A DNA stretch of 60,630 bases, filler included, from Basidiobolus meristosporus CBS 931.73 (lineage: Eukaryota > Fungi > Basidiobolomycota): NCBI GenBank assembly GCA_002104905.1. It is 3 parts of 3 records of this genome, joined end to end, with 100 filler letters (N's around TTAATTAATTAA, not from the genome) between each part and the next. Parts side by side here need not be neighbours in the genome. Positions count along the whole stretch, not along the records: positions 1 to 30,409 come from MCFE01000850.1; 2 more parts are not named here. The stretch is one strand, 5' to 3'. The notes beneath the pieces are model-generated. The model searched no databases, was not told the origin of the DNA, and saw only the letters and a list, made by a program, of their open reading frames with translations. The translations under genes were made by a program, and so were the position numbers. Within the stretch, counting starts at the first letter, position 1, and each line of letters starts with the position of its first letter. Below are positions 1-12,468 of this stretch, piece after piece.

Positions 1-678
1 ACGCTGCATGGTAAGTTGTGAATATTGGATTGTATTCTCGAAATTTGAGCATTTATACGTGAATCGTGGTTAGCCACATTTCAATATGGTAAGCCAAGCC
101 ATCATGCCCCAGCCCACGAAAGCACTGAACGCAAAATATATTTTAAGCTTCAAGAACCTGGAGACACATTGTGAAACAAAAATTCAAGAATGCCTTAATC
201 AGGTTTGAGATTCTACTAGCGCTTGACGCATACCATGAGTATTAGGATATTCGGCTTTATACTGCTTAATAACCGTTGCGCAATCGCACGTTATTAGTCT
301 AGTATACATGCAAGTATCGTACTCCCATCTAAGTATGATCCTAGTGAAGTATAGGCTTTAGCACAAATCAACCAGCGTCTCTTGATTGAAGTCAAATAGA
401 AGCATTTCAAATTTTCATTTGAAAAGCTAAACAGTCTAGGATTTTAATATGATTTTAGAGGCTTCCTGCCACCACAACAGTCATATGCCAGCATTGGATA
501 GCAGTCAGTTGTACCTACACTGGTGTATCAACCTCTGACCGGATGTTCGGTACTAGCAGTACCCGTTTAGAACCACTAGCAAGCTCAATGATTCCGTATT
601 TCCTTTAAACTAATATATAAACCAACTGGGAATCACGCCGGTTCTAACCAACATCTGATTTAGCAGCACTCTACTACC

Positions 679-2166
679 ATGGATCAAGGATCTATCGAAG
701 TTATTGCACTCATATTTACTGTGACTATAACCTGGCATTTCTACACGAGACTTCGGTGCCCTTCTTCTTTGTGTAAAATCCCGTCAGTCCCGTTCTGGAA
801 GAGCTTGCTGGCCACGTTCAAGTCAATTGATAGCTTAGAGCGCTTCGATAAACTCGTGGTACCTGTTCTTAATGAAAAAGGTATCGCAAAACAGTTTTTC
901 TTTGGGAGGTGGATGGTTATGGTTTCGAATCCAGATTATGCCAAAAAGATCTTGATGAAACCAGACGCCTTCCCCAAGATACAATTGAACGAAGAGCTGC
1001 CACACACACTGAGCGCCCAACTTGGCAAGGTCAACATAGCCTCAGCCAACGGAGACGAATGGAAGAGGCATCGCCGTGTGGCCAACCCTGCGTTCCATCG
1101 GTCTTGGAGTACTTCAGAGTTTGGAAAACTGGTATCTAAATTGATTGTAGAAATTGAAAACACCCACGGACCCGTATCGGTAACTGAGTTGATGCAAAGA
1201 ATGACACTGGATGCCCTTGGAAAAATCATTTTCGATTATGACTTCAGCGCTATTGAAAACAAAGGGGGCGATCTAGTCCAGACATATAACTCTGTCATGA
1301 CTGAGCTCAATGACCCTTTCTATATCATGTTTCCATACTTAGAGAACCTCCCGTTGGTTGGGCGTCGCGGATATCAAACGGACTTGACGAGATTCGATGA
1401 CTTCATAATGGGGATTATTAACAGCAAAGTTAAGAATATACGCACCAACAAAACCGTTGACTTGCAGAAAGCTGATCTAGTGACATTGATGGTTCTTTCT
1501 GCTGAGGAAGGGAACCAGATTCTTACCCCCGAAGAGATCCGTAACGATGTCATTGTGTTTTTCATTGCTGGACAGGACACCACGTCAAACGCTCTTGCAT
1601 CCACTATTTACTATCTGGCCGTTCATCCCGTAATCCAGCAGCAGGCCCGAGAGGAGGCAATCCGAGTGTTGGGTAACGAACCCCAGGATGTATGGCCCAC
1701 TTACGAGCAGCAGCAAAATGAACTACCATTCATCACAGCTATTATGAAGGAGTCCATGCGCCTAACCCCTTCGGCTACTCAAGTGCTCCCTCGCCGTTGC
1801 ATGAAAGCCGTTCAATTTGGCGAGTTCGTACTTCCAGAGGGGACTCCAGTCAACGTAGATATTTATTCCATGCACCATAATCCAAAGAATTGGGACAAGC
1901 CATACAGCTTTTTGCCTGAGCGCTTCTTGAATGAGAAGACAGAGCATGATCTTTACGCTTGGATGCCATTTGGCGGAGGCTCTCGTCGCTGTTTAGGAAT
2001 GAATTTCTCTTTGATTGAACAACGGGTGGTCTTGAGCATGTTGTTAAGAAAGTATGCCTGGTCCCTACCTGAAGATAGTATTCATACTGATCGATTGAGG
2101 ACCACCCCTAGCTCTGGATTGATGGAGATTCGTGATCTGAACGTCAACTTCAAAGCGCTCTACTAA
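679..2166 (+). CDS. Cytochrome P450, intronless, 495 aa
   Basis: N-terminal membrane anchor, I-helix AGQDTT, K-helix KESMR (ExxR), PERF, heme motif FGGGSRRCLG. Confidence 0.95.
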   Translation: MDQGSIEVIALIFTVTITWHFYTRLRCPSSLCKIPSVPFWKSLLATFKSIDSLERFDKLVVPVLNEKGIAKQFFFGRWMVMVSNPDYAKKILMKPDAFPKIQLNEELPHTLSAQLGKVNIASANGDEWKRHRRVANPAFHRSWSTSEFGKLVSKLIVEIENTHGPVSVTELMQRMTLDALGKIIFDYDFSAIENKGGDLVQTYNSVMTELNDPFYIMFPYLENLPLVGRRGYQTDLTRFDDFIMGIINSKVKNIRTNKTVDLQKADLVTLMVLSAEEGNQILTPEEIRNDVIVFFIAGQDTTSNALASTIYYLAVHPVIQQQAREEAIRVLGNEPQDVWPTYEQQQNELPFITAIMKESMRLTPSATQVLPRRCMKAVQFGEFVLPEGTPVNVDIYSMHHNPKNWDKPYSFLPERFLNEKTEHDLYAWMPFGGGSRRCLGMNFSLIEQRVVLSMLLRKYAWSLPEDSIHTDRLRTTPSSGLMEIRDLNVNFKALY

Positions 2167-2751
2167 TTTTCTCTCTCTGGGATGCTTCCTATCACTCTTT
2201 CTGCATAAATACGAAAATAAATACATATTCCGGTATAGATTGAGTCCCACGTTCAGAAACGGATGCATGCCTACGTATGTTGTTTCTACATATATATTTC
2301 CTATTTTATCTAAGCAGAATGGTGGTAAAGGTAGTTTATTCCATGACCAGCTGCTCAAAGCAACTAGATAGTTGATGAGTACTACTACGCATGGACTCTT
2401 GAAATTGATTCGGAATCCCTGATAATAAAGTACTCGCACATTTGGTTGACATCCTCAAACTTATATAATAGTGAGAAATTGGCGATTCTAAACCTAGTGA
2501 AGAATGAATACTCCTTTACCTACAACTGTGGTAAGAAGGCCAGCATATTACCATGAAAAAATCATGAATGCATCTGATTTAAGGTATTGGCTAGCCCATT
2601 TTGATTGAATAGCCAGTGGGATAGGGGATTTTAAACTCTATCCTTCTATAAATAGAAAACGCAGTATCTTGGGAATCGCACCACCTACTGCGGAAGTTCC
2701 TCCCAAAGCTCAATGTGAAGTATTTAAAGGCCGAATGCTACAACAATTAGT

Positions 2752-3434
2752 TTGTTCTACACCGACTTTTTAATGCGTCGAGAAGGCCGCACCTTTTCTC
2801 CTCATTTCAATCGTCAGAAGCGAACTAATTCAACCATCAGGGTTTGTGATTGTGCTGTTCCCACACATATTGCCCCGCCCTCACGCGCCCAAGGACAGAT
2901 CATCTTGGAATCTGGAGAGTCTCCAGATCTTTATCACCAAGCCCATTCACTGGCACTTGCCCGTACCCTTGTTTCCAACGCAGCTGAACGGATTGAGAAT
3001 GCACGCTTGACGGAAAACTACGACCTAATTGATGAACTTAGAACTCAGAGCGAAGCCGCTACGAAGCAACTGGAAGCAGCAGAAAAGAAATGGGAGCAAA
3101 TCGTCTTCAATATCTGGGACGCCTGGCCATTAGAGAAGCCACTCACTGAGATCCCTCATTGCCAGTCCATCCATACCCCCTTTCTTTTGAAATCCATTCG
3201 CGGACCCTCGAAATATACCGCACTCTCCACCATTATACGGCTATGCAAGAGGCCCATTTTACTGCTGGTTGGAGTGGAGAAATGCAAACTGTTCAACGTG
3301 ATACAGTCAGGCGCCATCGCAGAGTCCTGCGGGAAGGAGCTAAAAGAATGACCAAATTTTGCATCATGGGTGGAAATGTCGAAGAGGTTGCAGATGGCTT
3401 TGACGATATCATATTTGAGGAATCATATTGGTAG
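2752..3434 (+). CDS. Hypothetical protein, possibly frameshifted or spliced
   Basis: 199-codon ORF (2752-3351) with a helical charged segment overlaps a second-frame ORF ending FDDIIFEESYW at 3434. No family recognised. Confidence 0.3.
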
Positions 3435-3652
3435 GATACGAATGAGCTTAAGTAAAACGCCCCATCAATAGCCTCATTTTCAAATAAACACCTGAGATGA
3501 ACCAAAACTTCAACAAAGATCACTGTTGGTTGATTGTGAGAGTTTATTAAGGCTGATAAGGTCGCTTCAGTTGTTGTCTCCCGCATAATACACTACTTGA
3601 CTAATTAATGATTGGTATGATGATTAATGAATGCATTCAATATGACATTTGT

Positions 3653-6600
3653 CTACGCTTGGCCAAGATTCTGATGCTCCACAAGAGTGAAGTATTTCTT
3701 TCTTTGTGCCATTAACTCTTGGTGAGTTCCTTCTTCAACCACCACGCCTCCTTCAAATACGAAGATGCGATCAGCATGTTGAATCGTAGACAGTCTGTGT
3801 GCTACCGCGATGGTTGTGCAACCGGTGGCAGCCTACACAATGTGTTAGTTTGCAAGTAGTTGTGGGAGGATTCAGTGTTTGTTCATGTCACCTTGTTCAA
3901 AGCATCTTGTACCACCTTTTCACTTTGTGAGTCAAGTGCAGAGGTCGCCTCATCAAGTAACAATATCTATGCAAGAAATGATTCTTGATCAGTACTTCAT
4001 GTTTGCAATCATGAGCGTTAGCTTTTTACCTTGGGGTTGCGAATAAGTGCTCTAGCAATGGCGATTCTCTGTCTCTGGCCTCCACTAAGCTGTCCGCCCT
4101 TTGTACCACACATAGTATCGTAACCATCAGGCAACGAAATGATATAGTCGTGAATGTTGGCTTGCTTACAAACTCGCTCCACCTCTTCTTGAGTGATGTC
4201 ATCACGATCTGAGCCAAGAAGTACATTGAAACGGATACTGCCTTGGTACAGCACTGGCTCTTGACTCACCAAAGCAATGTTATTTCGATGCTGGTGAACG
4301 TTTTTCTTCTTGATATCCTGCCCGTCAATAAGTACTGTGCCCTGGAGGGGATCATAAAATCTTCTCAGCGTTAAATTACCGTGTAGCTGCAAAAAAAGGA
4401 AATGACGAAGTACCTTTCGATGAGGGAAATGACGGTACTTTTACCGCAGCCACTCTCTCCAACCAAAGCACAGAACTGACCGGCCTTAATCTGATGTAGG
4501 AATACATAAGGTTAGTTTGATTTTGCCGGATTGTATAGAATGGGAATTACCTTCAAATTGAGGCCTTGCAAAACCGGAATATCTGGACGAGATGGATAAC
4601 GGAAGTGAATCTCCTTCAGCTCTATCTCACCCTCAATATCGCCCTGTCCCTTGCTCTTTCCAGCATCCTGGGATTGACCAATGGTTGGCTTTTGCTCTAT
4701 CAATTGGAAGATATTGCTTGCAGCCATCTTAGCCTTGGTTAGATCAGGAGCAAGCGAGAACATTTGCCCGGATGCCTGAGCACTGAAGAGTAAAGCGGGG
4801 AGGACAACAAAGAATTGCTTCGAAGAGAATTCCCCATTACTCACCAATCTTGAGCCCCACCTAGGAATGGAGATGATTAGCCATTCCCGTAATGAAGACA
4901 TAGCAAAACTTACCAATAGGCGAGTGCATATAGCAAGTACGCTATACTGTAACCGAGGGAAAGCCAGAAATTACCAGTCATAATGGATTTCATACTATTT
5001 TTGTATGGCCCCTCAAGGCTCTGGTGATACAAACGGCAAACATCTTCCTCTCGAGAGAGTGTAGCTACGGTTTGGATCGCCCCGATAGCTTCACTTGCCA
5101 ATGCACCCGACTTCACGTAGGCAGTTTCATGGCGTTGCTGCGCAGAATATTGTTAGATTTCCTGGAGTAACTCAGTACAAAGATGGATTGTCTACATACA
5201 TGGAAATTAGCGAGGACGCGGACTCGTAGGAACCCAGCCATGAGCATAATCGGAACTGCAGCCAGTACTACGATGGCGATTTTCCAGGCGATTACATGCG
5301 CCAAAATGATACCAGCGAACAAACTAGTCATAATGGAGAACACTGTTCCTACGACAATACCAGTGAGGCCACCTAGATGATTTGTGTCGGTGTTAAGCAT
5401 AGCGACCAAGGACCCAGTGGAGTGGCGATCGTCGTCAAACCATGCAATATCTTGGTTTATAATGGACCTGCGACGGAGGAGAGATTAGTCGATCATACTT
5501 GTCAATCCATAAACAATGCAATCAACCTGAAGGATAAACAGCGTGTACGTAGTAGCAGTTTCTCTGACACCCATCCGAACATACTTCCATTGACAGAGTA
5601 AGCGGTAAATTCAATAAACGCCACCATCAGGAACCCTGAGCACACAGAGTGAGTGCTAGGAAATACGAATTGATAAACACACGTAACTTACAGAAACTGT
5701 ATAGATTGACCTGGGATCGAAGCTGTGACAAGTCAGTTCTCAGACTTAGAGCATCAATCATGTGCGAAAAGAGGATTGATTCTGCCGAGTAGGCTCCACC
5801 AATAATGATAGAAGCTAGGAACGATTAGATTCATGATTGTGCCCTTCACTGATGATGGTCACTTACACATTAAGCCCCCAACTACAAAAAACCATTCTGG
5901 CTTGACAATTTTAGCCACTCGTTTCATCAGTGTAAATACGCCAAGCTGAGACCTGCGACCTCCAGGCTGAGGTCCCTGACTTTCGTTATCAGCAAATAGC
6001 TGGATCTCCTCACCATGGTAGGATTCTTTAACGATCAACGGGTCCTCCGAGTTAGCCATGTTGCTATCAACACTTTCAGCAGACAGTTTTTTAGAGGTGC
6101 TCTTCAATTTCTCCTGATCGCTTGACTCGGAGGCAAAGCTTTGAGCCTCCACAAGGTGATAATACGCTGATTCACGAGCCATCAGTTGACTGTGGGTTCC
6201 TTGCTCCAAGATTTTTCCTTCAGCCCTTCAGAATGAGGAACAATTAGCTACTGGATGTGGTCCTTAGCTTTGATACGACTCACATTACGACAATGTTGTC
6301 TGCCTTCTTAATGGTAGACAATCTATGAGCGATGACCACAGTGGTTCTGTCCTTGGTTGCCTTTTCCAAGGCCTCTTGAATAAGACGCTCACTTGTTGCA
6401 TCTAGCGCCGAGGTCGCCTACACAATGGGTTGGTAACAGTGATTTTCAAGAGAGGTTGAATATGGCGTACCTCATCCATTAACAAGATGGTTGGATTAGA
6501 TACAAATGCGCGGGCCAAGGCGATTCTTTGTTTCTGACCACCAGAGAGTAAAAGACCGCCTTCACCGACGGTTGTGTTATAGCCGCGCGGAAGTTTAACG

Positions 6601-8405
6601 ATGAAGTTATGAGCATTAGCCAATTTCGCTGCCTCAATACATAATTCTTCGATCTTTGCTTTTTTCAATCCTGCGGAATTGCTGTTAAGTAAGCCGTGAG
6701 AAATATTCTCCATGATGGTGGTGTTGAACAGAGTGGGATTTTGCATCACAAGTTTCATTTGTCCTCGCAACCAGTTGATGTTAAGGCTCTTGATATTTCT
6801 GTTGTCGAGCAGAACCTCACCCTCTACCGGATCGTAGAATCGCTCAACAAGGCCAACTACATGGATACACTTGCTAAAATTAGTACATGCATTATTCAGA
6901 ACGCCGGGCATGCGTACTGACCTATAGTCGATTTCCCAGAACCTGAAACGCCTACAATCGCTGTGGTTTTTCCAGCAGGGATTACCAAATCAACACCCTT
7001 CAAAACGACGGCGTTTGGTCGGCTCGGATAGATAAATTTGACATTACGTAGCTCCAAGCGACCTTCGCAAGCGTCTGGCTTTAGACCCTCTTCGGATAAG
7101 GGGTCAATGGGAGAGACTCTGTCGATAGTTCGGAAAATTTTTTCACCCGCCCCCGAAGCCAACGAAAACGTTTGCATGAACGGGGCGATCTGGCCGATGA
7201 CCATGGAGCCTATGAGAAATTAGTGATTAATGAATGCGGAAACACTTCAGCCATACTAGACTGCAATACGAACTGTCCAAAACCAAGAAAATCACCGTGT
7301 AAACACTGCCGGTATCCTTCGTGATGTCTTTGACTATGAGTCTCGATCCCTCCCAGAAGGCCAATGCATTAGCAGAGTAAGCAATGAAGAAGATTCCTCC
7401 AAGCATCAGCGCTCCAGCAATTGCTTTGCGTAATCCGTGGCGGGAAGCTATATGTAGGTTCTTCTCGTAGAGAGTGGCGAGGCGTTCCTGAGAATTAAAT
7501 GCTTGGGCTATTCTGACATTGGCCAAAGCCTCCTCAGCCACGGTGCTGGCCTTGGAATAACTCTCCATACTACGCGAGGCATACAACGCCGAGAACGCAG
7601 AACCCCCGCTGGCCACGAGCAAAAACGCCGGGACCACACAAAACAGTATACCAGTCAGCGTGGCATTTCGGACAAATCCAACGGTGAACGCAGCAATGAA
7701 GTACGAGATGGACTGGATGCACAAGCCCACCTTCTCTGAAGTTCCATTCTGAATAATTTGAGTGTCCCCCGTAATACGGCTGGATACCTACATCAGCGTA
7801 AAGAATGCTAATCAGAAATCGCGTCACGATTAAAATAACCATTCGAAAAATACCTCTCCTGAGCCAAGTTGATTGAAATAGGCAATATTTTGACGTAAAA
7901 CGGATCTTAAGTAATGCTCACGAACTTGTCGAGTTAACCTCTCCCCAATAAGACTCCAACACACGGTATAAGCGTATGTCAATACGAAATAGCCAATGGC
8001 GACGTAAATTAACTGCAAAATTTTGTGATTCACTCCATCTCTAAACTCCCCCACCTCTTCCGGAGTCATAGCAGCGGCCCCCGACGAAAATTTCGAAGAG
8101 AAGTTGTCTATAAGGTCTCCGAACAACGCCCCTATCAGTGGTAGAGGTACGCCAGCACCCAGTGCGCACAAGGTCCCGACTACGATCAAAATGGCATCGA
8201 ATTTCGTCGAGTATCTAAACAGAGAGAAATATCTCGGCTTATAGAAAGGATTTTTGGCGACAGGGGGCTCTTGTATCTGAGCCTCTATCACCTCCCGCTG
8301 ATGCTCCTCTAGCGCTGTTACTGACTCTACAGAAATCTTCACCGGTGCCTCTTCTAAAGGTTGTAGTTGAATGTCGCCTTGGAGGCCATGCGACTCATTG
8401 CCCAT
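3653..8405 (-). CDS. Full-length ABCB (MDR/P-glycoprotein) transporter, multi-exon; candidate siderophore exporter
   Basis: ATG at 8405 (MGNESHG), TAG at 3653-3655 (HQNLGQA*). Two TMD-NBD halves: Walker [10 protein letters not shown], signatures [14 protein letters not shown] and [30 protein letters not shown]. Many short GT-AG introns (e.g. 7788-7853). Siderophore role is inferred from context only. Confidence 0.92.
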
Positions 8406-8565
8406 GGTTTCGACGAGATGAATGGGAAGATCGAAATAATGGGTTGTGCCATTGCATATATATTTATTGGGTAGAGTCTCGCAAAACGTATAGTTTATGT
8501 TAAATGGATTGGTTGGATATTTGCCGGCATCAAATGGCACCTAGCGGCATTTCCTAGAAATCCAT

Positions 8566-8574
8566 TTATCAGAT
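8566..8574 (-). promoter_or_regulatory. ATCWGATAA iron-responsive GATA repressor box (SreA/Urbs1/Fep1 type)
   Basis: TTATCAGAT on + strand (ATCTGATAA on -), about 160 bp upstream of the ABCB ATG. Confidence 0.65.
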
Positions 8575-9159
8575 CAAATAATAGGGGACCAAGGCTGGGT
8601 AACATCGACTCCATTTAAGGGAACTGATGATAGGCTGATCATAAAATTTAATGTGAATGAGTAGTCCAATAAACATTTGAGTGAAATGGAGAAATACTGT
8701 TGCCATTAGGAGATAACTCACCAGCGATATTGGGGGATGGGCATCGTGTAACCATGCCCATCATATACACCGAGCATTATCTACATTCAGGCCCTGGATA
8801 AACGCGAGATGTATCATGATAGGTGCGCGCAAGTCGCACAGGCCTGGTTTTGGGTCATTGAAAATTACCCATTCCATACTGCTGACAATGCTAGATTCAA
8901 TGTTGAGCGCACTCACTGAACACAGACTAAGCGACTGATTGGCTTTCACTAAAAGTCCCCTTCGGATAACAGCAAGCAACATTATTAAACGGCAGGTTCG
9001 AGGTGCAGATTGAGGTGCAACTCCATTCCAATCCCTGAAGACTGGTCAACAGGATGTAGCGAGTTCTCTATTAGTACATCTCGGCTCATGGTCGCCACAT
9101 TTGAATGTCGGAGGCGAGTTTACTTTTATGGACACTGTATCTCACTCATTACAATGAGG

Positions 9160-9168
9160 TTATCAGAT
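9160..9168 (-). promoter_or_regulatory. ATCWGATAA GATA box
   Basis: TTATCAGAT on + strand, within the divergent promoter. Confidence 0.6.
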
Positions 9169-9588
9169 GAGAAAGTGGAGATCTACAGGATTGATCCGAC
9201 TAATGATTATGTATATCGTTGTTCGAATTATCAACCACCATCTCTCATTAGCACATGCCGCTGGAGTAATAGCTAGCTTGTCCCTTCTCGGGGCCTCTTG
9301 CATAAACAAGAGTAGGACATAGCCCTATTGGATAATCCTAGGAAATATATCAAGACGCAACATGCGTGAACTAGCGATTGGTTTAGTATGATGCTAACTT
9401 TGAGGGCTGACAATAGTCAATCCGCTCGTCACCATAAGGTTGGGGGTACGCTTGAAAGCTCACGAACGTGGTCGAATTATAAGTGAAGCCTGTGTGAATC
9501 TTGTGCGTAGTTAATAAATCATTGATCGTCGGGATTCTGCTTACAAGTCGGGAAAACATCACCCAATCAGATATGGTTGATCATCAGG

Positions 9589-9597
9589 ATCTGATAA
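9589..9597 (+). promoter_or_regulatory. ATCWGATAA GATA box
   Basis: ATCTGATAA, with a near-match ATCAGATAT at 9566-9574. Confidence 0.6.
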
Positions 9598-10005
9598 CTC
9601 TATTCGGGGCAATCCGAACGTCCAAAAGTAGGATATCTGGTTTCGGAATATCGCTCTATACATGGGAAGTCGCTAAAAACACTGTTGACCAGAAGGTATA
9701 TCTACAATTAAACTTCAATTCCCCAGAACGGCGTTATGGTAAGTTGGGCTTAATCACGTCAGTGGTTGATTATCGGAAGCTTCAGGATGAATTGCTGGTT
9801 GGAATCTGGATGATGTGGATGATGACGATGATTGACAAAGCGTAGAATTTTTTATTACCGGTAGAATGTGGAAATATGGCGGACGGGTGCATGCTGTAAC
9901 CCTAGTCATAAATTTTTCGGCATGGTACAGACGCCGTATTTGGATGTCACCTACATTAGTGGTCTTGAAAAAAGCCCATTGGGGCGAGATACATGTACTT
10001 GAGAA

Positions 10006-10049
10006 ATCTGATAAAAGTACGTGTAACCATGCTACTGCACATCAGATAA
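10006..10049 (+). promoter_or_regulatory. Paired ATCWGATAA GATA boxes upstream of the sidA fusion
   Basis: ATCTGATAA at 10006-10014 and ATCAGATAA at 10041-10049, 150-190 bp upstream of the ATG at 10197. Confidence 0.7.
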
Positions 10050-10196
10050 ACTCTAGGCCTCACACCACAATATGTGGTCTCGAAGAGAATGCTTCTTAAA
10101 AAGACAGTTGGGTGGAGATTTCTAACTTCAGAAATTGGAACTCGTTGTTTCATTTTTTACCTCTGCTGAGCGTGCCTATCTTTCACATCTATCAGA

Positions 10197-12468
10197 ATGG
10201 AATACGATCATCAAGAATACGATATTCTGTGTGCGGGTTTCGGGCCAGCGGGAGTCTCCATTGCCATTGCCATGGCTGAAGATGGCCGCCTGCAAGGCTT
10301 TGAGGAACACAGCAAAGGAATCAACCAGGGCGGTCACTGGAAAGTCGGCTTCATAGAAAAGCAAACCACCCCAGTCTGGCATGGTGGTATGCTTATTGAT
10401 GAGGCTAAGATGCAAATCAGTTTCCTTAAGGATCTTGCCACCTTAAACAACCCCAAGAGTCACTTTACTTTCATCAATTATCTGAAGGAGAATAATCGAC
10501 TTGTTGACTTCACCAATTTGGGAACCACCCTGCCATACCGATCCGAGTTCAACGATTACGTAAATTGGGTTACCTCCCACTTCAGTAGCTTGGCTTTCTT
10601 CGGTGAGGAGGTTATCTCTGTGGAGCCTATTCTTCAAAGCGGCTCCAAGGAGATCGAACGCCTCCGAGTCACCTCGAAAAGGCTTGGTGATCAGAAAACC
10701 ATCGTGCGTACTGCAAAGCATTTCATTGTTGCAATCGGTGGTCAGGCACGTTATCCTGAGTGGGTCAGCGCAAATCAGAGCCAACACAACGATCGCATCA
10801 TGCACTCCTCCCAATATATCTATAATGTCTCAAGAATGCTTCCAGAGAGAGATGCCCCCTACTCCGTAGCCGTAGTTGGAGGGGGTCAAAGTGGAGCAGA
10901 GATCTTTCAGGATGTTGTCCAGCGCTATCCCAATTCCCGAGTCTCTCTTATTATCAGAGATAGCGCTTTGCGCCCATCGGATGACAGTCCATTTGTGAAC
11001 GAGATCTTCAACCCATCTTCTACCGAGTCCTTCTACAAATTGCCGGAGGAAAGACGTAGGGCTTTCTTGAAGCATAACAGTGCCACGAACTACTCGGTGG
11101 TCCGTCTTGAGCTAATAGAGAACCTTTACTCCATCCTGTACCAGCAAAAGCTCCCTGGCCACACTCAGAAGCACTCTATTCTTTCTTCAAGACAAGTGGT
11201 CTCTTGCGAATCTGACAACGGTAGACTTATGTTGAAGCTTGGACCATGTGACGAAGCCGGCCAGCTTCTGGGTGGGCCCGAAAATTTGACCGAGCACGCC
11301 TTTGATGCTGTCTTCGTTGCTACTGGTTACCAACGAAATGTACATTCCGATATTTTGAAGCCATTGGCTCCCTATATCTTGAAGACCGACGCCTGTGATC
11401 TTCCCATCGACAGGGACTACAAGCTTCGCATGGCCCCTACCTGCCATTCTAGTATATATCTTCAGGGTTGTTGCCAGGATACTCACGGTATCAGTGACTC
11501 TCTTCTTTCTGTACTTTCTATTCGTGCTGCTGAAGTTACGCAATCTCTCAGCCAGAATCACACCAAACTAACTATTGGTATGTTTATTGGGTTGCCGATT
11601 TTTCCACCGTGGCTCTAACCATTTCTCTTTCTATAAACCAGCCCGTAACGTCAAAGATGCCGACTCCGCACTTGTATATTCGTCCATCAACTTGAACGAT
11701 AAAAATAACCTGAATTATCTTTGGGAATGGGTGGATGACTTCAACACCAGAAGAGCACCCTCAAACCAGAGATCTGGATGGTTGCGCTTCATTGACCGCT
11801 CTATTGAAGGGAAACGGGTGACCACAAATGGGGTCAATCACCCATTGCGTCCACCTTCCCCTCCTCCAGGCCAACTGATCTACAGCCGCTACATTCCCAG
11901 CATCAAGAAGACTGTCGGCTTCCGGGTAGTGGATTTGCAGCAGGATCTTAATACCTTCCATACATGGATGAACAACCCTCGTGTATCCAAGTTCTGGGCT
12001 GAAGACGGAACTATCGAGGAGCACACCACGTACCTCAAGAATCTACATGCCGACCCACACATTATCCCTGTCATAGGCTTGATTGATAACGAACCATTTG
12101 GATATTTGGAAATCTACTGGGGCAAGGAGGATCGTTTGGGCGAATTCTATTTGGCCGATGACTACGATAGAGGTATTCACTGTCTAGTTGGAGAACAGAA
12201 GTTCAGAGGCCCTGAATACGTGCACACCTGGATGAGCTCTATAAATCACTTCGCGTTCTTGAGTGAGCCCAGAACCAGCCGTCTGGTTGGTGAGCCCAGA
12301 GCAGACAATGATAAGTTGATCGGCTACGCACAAAAAGAGGGTTACAAGAGACTAGGAAACATTCAGATGAAGCACAAGGAGGCTGCACTGCTCATGCTTT
12401 CTCGTAAAACATTCAACAGCAACATCGAGGCAGGGCAATCCCTAAGAGGTTGCAGCGCCAAACTCTAA
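10197..12468 (+). CDS. sidA: L-ornithine N5-oxygenase (SidA/PvdA family) fused to an N-hydroxy-amino-acid acyltransferase (IucB/SidL/SidF-type GNAT); 2 exons, 735 aa
   Basis: Exon 1 (10197-11577): FAD motif GFGPAG, WHGGML, MQISFLKDL, NADPH motif VVGGGQSGAE, ATGY, YLQG, HGISDSLLS. Intron 11578-11641 (GTATGT...CTAAC...CAG, 64 nt) joins in frame to exon 2 (11642-12468): HPLRPP, IYSRYIP, FHTWMNNPRV, FGYLEIYWGKEDRLG, DRGIHCLVGE, GEPRADN. Confidence 0.88.

Noticed and set aside
679-2166. P450 as a member of the siderophore module
   Set aside because: I saw no ATCWGATAA box in the 678 bp upstream, and no hydroxamate pathway step needs it. Proximity alone is insufficient.
11575-12468. Acyltransferase as a separate gene starting at TTG 11575
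   Set aside because: Its first 22 codons are the intron; canonical splice signals give an in-frame fusion to SidA.
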